A stretch of DNA of 45,789 nucleotides from Intoshia linei. Taxonomy: Eukaryota > Animalia > Orthonectida. This document shows positions 38,101 to 45,789 of the stretch, piece by piece. Numbering within the stretch: the first letter of the stretch is position 1; the number at the start of each line of letters is the position of its first letter. Location of the stretch: positions 1 through 45,789 of the forward strand of contig LWCA01000156.1 in NCBI GenBank assembly GCA_001642005.1. Reading direction: 5' to 3'. The notes under the pieces are model-generated. The model searched no databases. It was given only the letters and a program-made list of their open reading frames with translations, and was not told where the DNA came from. A program made the translations under genes and the position numbers.

Positions 38101-41100
38101 TTTATCTTAGAAATTAGAAGTGAAATATTTTTTTGTGTGTGGTTTTGTATCCATTGTGTAAGCTTGATTTTTTTAATTTACGTTATAATGATAAAACTAG
38201 AATTTTAATTTGATATGACTCGCAAGTATTTTTAAAAATTTAGACTTAATTGTTAATAATGATTTTAATGATATCATTAAATATGATCTTCTCGCAGTTT
38301 AGGTGTGCAAATGATGATAAACAATTCATTTTGGAATAATTAATAATATCTATATTATATATACAATATATTATACATATACTAAGTCGCGGCGGGCCGC
38401 AAGTTTGACACGGCTGATGTAAATGGTTTGCATACAATCACACAAAAAAATCAATTTTAAAAAATGAATGCTAATTGGTTACTAAAAACGAATTGGTAGT
38501 AACAATTTTTTATCATTCGATTTGTTACTGATGAGAGGTTAAGTTTTATTTTGAGGTTTTCCGGAGATTTAGGTAAAAATATTTTTTTTATTGTGGTTCA
38601 TCATAAGTATTTTTGATATCATTTTGATGGATTATGAATTGGTTTTAATAGTTTTTAAAAATGAATTATGGTCCATTATTAATTTACAAAAACTTCAAAT
38701 AGCGGTATCATATAAAATTTATATATATTTAAATATTGTATTGTATTATGTATTGTATACATGATAAAAACTAACATGATTATAATAATCGGTGCACCGT
38801 TTTTATCACGATTAATTTAATAAACTACGTTTTTATCACGATTTTCATTAAAATAAATAATATCGTATTAAATCTTTCATCAACTCATATAATGATTTAA
38901 ATGTACATTTAATAATTGATATTTTTAGTATTCTAGCTATGCTCGACTACTTTCCATTTATTTATATGTTTTAACAAAATTAATGAATTGCTCAAGCCAA
39001 GAATTTAAGCTGGGGATTAATCACGAAACTTGAGATGGAATATTAAATGGATTAGAGCAGCCATTCTCAACGGGGCCATATGGACCCCTTGGGGTCAACA
39101 TCACTTTGTTGGGGGTCCATGAAAATTATATACATTTATTACATATTATAGACATTTTCAGTTACATAAAGTCGTTTTTAAAACAAAGCCTCAGAAATAC
39201 TAATATAAAACGTGCAAATCATGTAAAAGTAAATTCATTGGTATTAAATTAAATTACTTACATGTGTAAAAATTAATTGGGAAACCTCCATTGTTCTATT
39301 TTAGGAGCAGCGGTTTTATTTAATTATTTTATTAAAATTTATGACTGAGCCAAGTTTCTAGTCATAAAAAAGCTTAAAATTTCAAATTGAAAATGGGACA
39401 AAAAATTAGTCAATATTCATGACTCTATGAAAAATCAACCAAGGGATATAAAATATTAATTTTTCACAGATAATATAGATACTATAGACTTTTATTTTTA
39501 TTTTTATTGATCTGATAAAATATGTAGTAAACAATTAATAATGTACTGTAAATAATATTTAAAAAACAAAATATAATAAAAATCTCAAATTAAAGTTATG
39601 AATATTTTTTTAATTATATACTTAATTATTAGAATTATAGTTACTTTCTAATCTAGAATAGTAATTAATAATTATTAATATTAATAAATATAATTAATGA
39701 ATTATGATAAATACATATGATTATGTATGTAAATATTTAAATAAATATAATTTTAATGTCATGACTAGGAATTATACTTTCCAACATCAACATTTTTCCC
39801 CCAAAATTGGGGTTAATTTCACATATATTGCTATGCCATCGATATAAATACTATAAAATTAACACAATTCTGAAAAAGTGCCCCAAAACACGAGTATGCC
39901 CCACACGGAGGTTTACCCCAAAGCGGGGTCGGACTGTATTATTAATTTTTTTGTGTCCACAGCGAAAAAGGGTTGAGAATGCCTGGATTAGAGGATGATC
40001 TTTTATGAGTCTATGGTTTTGTTGATTTGAAGATTTATTTTAATTGATTAATTATTCATCTTACTGTCTGGAAGCTCAATGGAAAATTCAAGGAAGAACA
40101 TGAGTTCCAACGTGGTATATACATTAAAGCAATAGCTGGTAAATCGCCTTACAAAAGATTGCATTATGAAATTAAAAAATTTCATATGAAAAGAATAATG
40201 TTGAATCACACAGAAATAATGAGGACCATACATGCTTTATCTTTAAATGTTCACTATTTTGCTATTTAATTTATTATTAAAATGTAATATCACAAAATTA
40301 TCCATTTAATTCTGTTATTTCTATTAATTTTTATTTTCAGTTTAATTAAAATCGTAATAAAAACGAACAGTGATAAAAAAGATCATGATAAAAACGAAAT
40401 TTATTAAATTAATCGTGATAAAATTGATTGACATGGAGGTTTTTTTGAAAATAAAGGAGTTGACGTTTTTGATTCGCCAGGAAATTCTCCAGACATGAAT
40501 GCAATTGAAAATATATGGGCGATATTGAAAGATGAAGTCTATACAATTCAAATTATTTTAAAATTTTTTATAATTCCAAGACTCGTTGAATTTTAAAAAA
40601 AGGATAATTGGGGTTTATGACCTTGGTGGACTCAATTTGTGAAAATAAAATTTGCGATAAAATCTAATCGACGACAAATTAGTATTATAAAGGATATGTT
40701 AAAACTATAAACCTATTACTTTCTTAAATACATATTATCAAATAAATAAAAGGATATTCATTTTTAACTAAATTACTTTATACAATGTATAAATATGTAA
40801 ATTATATATACGTATATGAATTTACATTCATGTTTATAAAGTTATAGAAACTGAATTATAATAAAGAGTAGAAAATATATTTCATGATTCACTATACGTT
40901 AACCTAGTTTAAAATAATTGCAGCGAGATTATAATTTTAACCTTTTTTTTTTTAAATGTCTTTTATAAATAATAATAATAGTACAACATTTATATTCCTA
41001 ATAAACTTTTAATAATATTAAATATATTATATCTAGGGAAGGTGCTATATGCGGTAAAATTAATGATAATCCCGTTTATATATACGCTGGTATTATCGAT

Positions 41101-41303
41101 ATTTTACAAGAATATGGAATTTTAAAAGAATTGGAACATATTCTGAAATCCTGTTGCACAAAGAAAGTAAATTATTTTAGAAATTACATAATTTAAACTA
41201 GGAAAACATTTCTGTATGCGATCCAGGTGTTTATTCCAAAAGATTTCAAGAATTTATTTTTACTAAAATATTTAGTTCAGATACATTTGCTAAAACACTC
41301 TAG
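29200..41303 (+). CDS. PIP5K-family kinase (type I-like PI4P 5-kinase), 12 exons, about 398 aa
   Basis: Exons 29200-29214, 29854-30105, 30682-30834, 32808-32867, 34514-34614, 35810-35942, 35976-36059, 36878-36884, 36926-36988, 37626-37722, 41037-41166 and 41202-41303 sum to 1197 nt, open. Motifs: FKIYTPKVFQYFR, SGAS..YILKTVTHKE, TFLPRFYG, LMN, DFKGS, KDNDF, IMDYSLLIG, GIIDILQEY..KELEH, ISVCDPGVYSKRF. Confidence 0.9.
30190..30443. mobile_element. hAT MITE
   Basis: 13-bp perfect TIR CAGTGTTTCCTAA/TTAGGAAACACTG and a degenerate TSD AGTTAAAC/ATTTAAAT. Confidence 0.8.
31155..32225 (-). mobile_element. pogo/Tigger element, internally deleted
   Basis: TIR CAGTCAAACCTCAATT(G/T)AACGAACA (24/25 match) flanked by TA. 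ORF 31847-31446 encodes psq/CENP-B HTH domains (SQRELSIKF, IDKLVYEWF) and frameshifts into ..DIYNCDET before truncation. Confidence 0.92.
32890..33127. mobile_element. hAT MITE
   Basis: CAGGGTGATCGAAAC... / ...CTTTGGACCGCCCTG, with a perfect TSD TATTATAT. Confidence 0.85.
33202..33226. repeat. Perfect 12-bp hairpin
   Basis: AATGTATGTAGG-G-CCTACATACATT. Confidence 0.6.
34635..35217 (-). mobile_element. Complete short non-autonomous Helitron (Lep1-like organisation)
   Basis: The minus strand reads A|TCCTTACTAATATAATATGCTACGCAATATTTGTTTGTGTGTG ... CTAG|T: TC start, CTAG end, AT target site, no TSD, internal minisatellite. Confidence 0.8.
37015..37224. mobile_element. Tc1/mariner-like MITE
   Basis: TA|CATCGGGTGCACAAAGTGCG ... 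CGCAATCTGTGCATCGCTG|TA, an imperfect TIR. Confidence 0.55.
37296..37567. mobile_element. hAT MITE (distinct TIR family)
   Basis: CAGGGCGTGGACAG... / ...CTATCCACGGCCCTG, with a perfect TSD TGTATTAT. Confidence 0.88.
38790..40425. mobile_element. Element with ~45-bp inverted subterminal repeats, hosting nested insertions
   Basis: TTTTATCACGATTAATTTAATAAACTACGTTTTTATCACGAT (~38801) is the inverted counterpart of ATCATGATAAAAACGAAATTTATTAAATTAATCGTGATAAAA (~40382). No TSD was found. Confidence 0.6.
39058..39985. mobile_element. hAT (Buster/Charlie-like) non-autonomous element
   Basis: CAGCCATTCTCAAC... / ...GTTGAGAATGCCTG, with a perfect TSD GATTAGAG. Contains a pogo-like right end (...CGGGGTCGGACTG|TA near 39936). 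Confidence 0.88.
40430..40545 (+). mobile_element. Tc1 transposase fragment
   Basis: FFENKGVDVFDSPGNSPDMNAIENIWAILK. Confidence 0.8.
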
Positions 41304-42247
41304 ATTGTATTAAAATATTAATAAAATAAATTAAATTTATCACTACATAATGTATATATTATTAATAATTACCTTGAATATAATTTAATAACATTATACA
41401 TTTATAACACGGGCGATAGACAAAATTAGTTTGGTACACTTGTTGTATTATGGAAGTATAATTCTAGTATAAAAAGTGTTGATAAATAATTATGTATCTA
41501 CATTTAACGATTTAATTTCTCGAATTCTGGCTAAATAGCCAATTAACATTGTTTAAATTTTATTCAATTGCATAATATGAATTCCATAAAATTCAAAACA
41601 ATTGAGCTAGAAACAAATTTAAAAAAATAAACTGTATAACTAAACATGGAAACAATATTATAAAGACGGTACCACGTTTAAAAGCTTAAACGCCAATTTC
41701 CGTTAAAATAAAGTTCAGTTTTAATTTCTATATAATATTTATAGTGATATTTAAAATGACAAATGCAACTTGAATAGATATCGTTAAATGTTTTTGATTG
41801 CGAATTAGTTTTTCTATGTTAAAAATACACACTTTTAGTGCTAATTGCCCATCGAATTCTAAAATTTTCCAATAATTGTGACACCCTATTCTACATAGCC
41901 ACTTTAATTTTAAATAAGATACGGTAACCATTTTAGACTAATGTGGGTGTCCTTGATCTTAAATGAAAATCTTAACTATATTTTCTGAAAATACGAAATC
42001 TAAATACATTTATCTACATTTTTTGTATTTTCAAACAAACATTATTATTTCACAACATTTTGAATCACTTCCAAAATTAAATTATTTTAATTCAGTGTAA
42101 ATATACATCCTTCTAATACATGTATAAAGGAGTGAATATAATTAGTTATAATTCAAAATAAAGGTAACTTACAAAAATTTAGTTTCATGTATGTAAATAT
42201 TTAATATTGGTCACAATATTTTGAAAATTCATTTTTATTAATATAAA

Positions 42248-45200
42248 ATGATAGTTTTTCCTTCATATACTAAAATAAGATCAAGTAAAAAACTTCTTTT
42301 ATTTTACAAAATTGGAATATGTATCATGTCAGCCATCGCCAATGGTGTAATATGTGGATTTGTCAACTCTTATTCTTTATTATATATGGAATTAGGTAAA
42401 ATATTCCACGAAAACGCAAACGTTTCCACAATATCATGTAATTTCTTATTATTTAAGAGGTAAGACAAATGTAAATGTATTCAAATATAATAATTTATTG
42501 ATTGTAATGTTGCGACAACTGTGGTCTATAACAGTGGTTCCCAAATAGGGGCTTGGCCCCAACAGGAGGCCTACAGAGTCTGAGGGGGCCGCAGATTTAA
42601 GAAAAATTTTAAAATAGAATTAGAATCATTAACATTAATTTGATTTAGTATTTAATATTTAATTAATATATTCTTGAAATTCGGATTAATTTTGGATTAT
42701 AATAAATTTATGTTATGTTATTAACCCTGACGAGACAATAACACGTATATAAACAAAAACAAAAGTAACAATCATAATTTTACAATTGTTTGTATACTAG
42801 ACCCTAGTAACTAGGGTATCAACTATATTAAAGTATGATTTATAACGAAAATAAAACCAGTAATATTAATATTAAAAGATAACATTTTTTAAACGCTGTT
42901 ATAATAATATAATAAACATATTCACTATTTTGTACTAATTGATCTTCTCTAAAATTATTTTTATACTGTTAGGGGGGTCGACAATATATTTTTTTGGGAA
43001 CCACTGGTCTATAATACTTATTAATGATATTTATATATACAACTTTATACCTATAATATATTCATTAATAAGTATTAATTGAATTTGGGATCGTAAATAT
43101 GTGTCCTAAAAATGGTCAACGAGATGCAAAAGCTTACCGACCCCTGATCTATATCTAAAGTTGCTCATGAATCTCTTCATATCTGATAATAAATAATAAT
43201 AACAATTTGATTTATATTTTTTATACAAAAAATTTTTATAAAAAAAAATTAACATTTAATAAATTTTTTAATAACATTGATCTAAAGTTTTGAATCATGA
43301 TGGCATTGCATAATGGTAAATGTATTCCGTGCATTGTAAAATTGGAAATGAAATTCAAATGAATTATATTAAAGTCAATTCTACATATGTACAATGTACA
43401 TATAGATACTACAATATATAGATATCTGGAAGAATTTGCAATTACACTTTGAATTGAATTGAAAAATTTAATTAAAAAGTCAAGAGTTGTATAATTTAAA
43501 AAACCAAATCTAATAATTTTTCAAGTATAATGCAGTATCGCAAATTTCATTATCAGAAGATGAGCGTTTCAGGGTCAAATAATATAAACTTTAAATGAAG
43601 TCATAATGTAAACATGTTTATTATAATATTTAGCTTTAATTGGATCAATACAACTTGGAACATTATTTATCATGTCAGCTGTATCCAGTATGCTAATCAG
43701 TAAAATTGGTTTAAGGAAAACAGCAGGACTGGGAACTACAATCTGCATATGTGGTTGCATTATCAGTTATTTTTCATTAGGGAATATTTACGCCTTGATA
43801 TTTACATATGGAATAACAATAGGATTTGGTTCATCTCTCGTATATACAGCGTCTCTTTCAATATTATTTCAATATTTTGAAGAAAATGTTGGTCTAGCAA
43901 GTGGGATAGCCAATTTTGGTGGATCTGTTGCAACTGTACTGTTTCCATACTTTTTGGATAAATTTATAAAAATATATGGAATGTCAAAATTTATGTTGTT
44001 GGAAGCATTTTTATATTGCTTTTTATACATTGGACTATTCTTTTGGGTTGCAAAAGAATCAAGTAGTGAAATAGACGAAGTGAAAGGTGAAATAAAAATG
44101 GAGGATGATAAAATATCACAATCTAAATCAAAATCAAAGTTCAATAAAGCATACATTAAAAAAACTTTTGATATATTTTATAATTTTAATTACAGAGCAT
44201 GGAGCATTACTCTATCAATATTATTCATATCATATGCAGCTCCATTTTTATACTTGGTATATAATTTATAATTTATTTCCCAAGCACAGTCACTTGTCTA
44301 CTCATTACTAATTAAAGTAATAGTGGAATTTTAAGCACATGCATTTAAATTTCATAGACTATACTTTAGTGTTGTGTTCTTAGAAATAAAATTCCAACGA
44401 ATAAAAAAATTTTATGACCGTAAGGGGTCAGCGAAAATTTCCATTACATGGGGTTTGTATAATTGTGTTTAAACTTTGAGATAACATTACACTAACATTA
44501 TTAATACCATAAATGTTTCTGTAAAAAAATAGACATCAAAATACCCAATAAAATCATACTAGAAATTGAGAATTGTTACTGAAAACTATATTTACATAAT
44601 AATTACTATATAGTACTACAAATAATATTTTGAAAAATATAAAAAAAAGAAAAAAATTTTTAATTTAAAATTTTGTGGCCCACTTAAAAATGGACGTGGA
44701 CTACCAATCCAATGGTTTTTAATTTAAAACGCCATATAACCATTACTTTTATTTTAATATACTTTTACTTTTATTAGACAAAATATGCTGCTCAAAACGG
44801 TATGGAAAATAGTAGTATTATTATATCATTCCTTGGAGGAGGTTCAGCAGTCGGAAGATTGGTAATTGGAAAAATATCAGATCATAAATTAGTAGACAGA
44901 ATTGTATTGCATCAATTGTGTGCATTATTATACGGTCTTTGTATGTTTGTTATACCAATTATGATTAGTAATAGTATCATGCTATATGTAATGGCTATAT
45001 TTCTTGGAGTAGCTGATGGTTTACTGTTCAGCTTGATTGGACCAATATCAAAAGATATTTTGGGAAGTGAAAAGGCATCAAAAGGAATGGGATGCGCAAT
45101 GTCGTTATTAGCAGTTAATATAATATTTGGGCCCATACTCATGGGAATGCTTAAAGATTGTTTGAATAGATATGATATAATTTTTTATATTGCAGCAATA

Positions 45201-45248
45201 CCTCCCCTTATATCTGCATTTTCAATGTTAATAGCCCATAAAAAATAA
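42248..45248 (+). CDS. SLC16 (monocarboxylate transporter family) MFS protein, MCT10/MCT8-like; 3 exons
   Basis: Exons about 42248-42437, 43634-44256 and 44778-45248. Motifs: ANGVICGFVNS, KIGLRKTA, FTYGITIGFGSSLVYTASLSILFQYF..GLASGI, VGRLVIGKISD, GPILMGMLKD..YDIIFYIAAIPP. Confidence 0.9.
42532..43006. mobile_element. hAT (Buster/Charlie-like) MITE in intron 1 of the transporter gene
   Basis: 14-bp perfect TIR CAGTGGTTCCCAAA/TTTGGGAACCACTG and a perfect TSD GTCTATAA. Confidence 0.92.
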
Positions 45249-45488
45249 TTGTACTGATAATAATATATAAATATAATAAATATTATATTTCACTGTAAGT
45301 AACAGTCTTTAATCTAATTAGTTTATAATGTAATTGGTACTGTGTCGTTGCAAGATTATCCAGAATTGACGAGATACAGGGATTTAAAAAAATTATGAGA
45401 TAATTCATCACCAGGCTAGGTGTAGTAGGCCAGGTTAGGTTTTACAGTAAATTGGGTCAAAATTATACAAAAAATTTAGATTCTAGAA

Positions 45489-45789
45489 CAGTGGTTCTCA
45501 ACCTTTTTTATAATTCCTTCCGTTTTTCGAATTTTTTTTAAATTCCTCCCCCAATCATTACTTCATTTATGACCAAATTTTAACTTATCCTATATGTTGT
45601 AATTTTGTGCATATCTGTAAATTATCCATATTACAGTCACTAATCGTATTTTAAAGTTAAATATTTTACTTTTTACTAATTTATGAATATTTATTATCAA
45701 TATTTCGATAATAATGGACATCACACTATACAATAAACTATTAGGTCGTTTCATAAGTAATGTCGTTTTTTTAACAAAATTAAAAAGTT
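45489..45789. mobile_element. hAT MITE left end (right end not seen in the window)
   Basis: TTCTAGAA|CAGTGGTTCTCAACCTTTTT, the same TIR type as the other Buster-like MITEs. Confidence 0.65.

Noticed and set aside
10892-45248. Functional cluster of autophagy/mTOR/trafficking genes (DCTN4, NPRL3, ATG9, PIP5K, SLC16)
   Set aside because: The genes have mixed orientations, are interspersed with splicing genes, and share no visible motif. Chance adjacency in a compact genome is sufficient.

Overview
Very AT-rich eukaryotic (metazoan-type) genomic DNA with many 33-46 nt GT-AG introns and a few introns enlarged by transposons. This architecture resembles a reduced parasitic invertebrate genome such as the orthonectid Intoshia (inference only). 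Hand-spliced gene models give, in order: CWF19L1 followed by a second CwfJ-C domain, a possible PELP1/Rix1-like gene (-), DCTN4 (+), NPRL3 (-), LENG1 (+), ATG9 (+), two head-to-head PIP5K-family paralogs, and an SLC16/MCT10-like transporter. Around and inside them are Tc1 relics, a pogo/Tigger element, a hAT relic with a CGGBP1-like transposase, many hAT MITEs with 8-bp TSDs, and a non-autonomous Helitron family. The main finding is the PIP5K pair. Both genes have 12 exons with identical intron phases, including a 7-nt or 4-nt microexon at the same position. The + copy keeps the catalytic motifs (ILKT, DFKGS, MDYSL, IID). The - copy keeps an open spliced ORF but has lost the G-loop, the ATP-binding Lys, DLKGS and the catalytic Asp, so it is a candidate lipid pseudokinase next to its active kinase. 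All protein identifications come from motif recognition by eye, not database searches.
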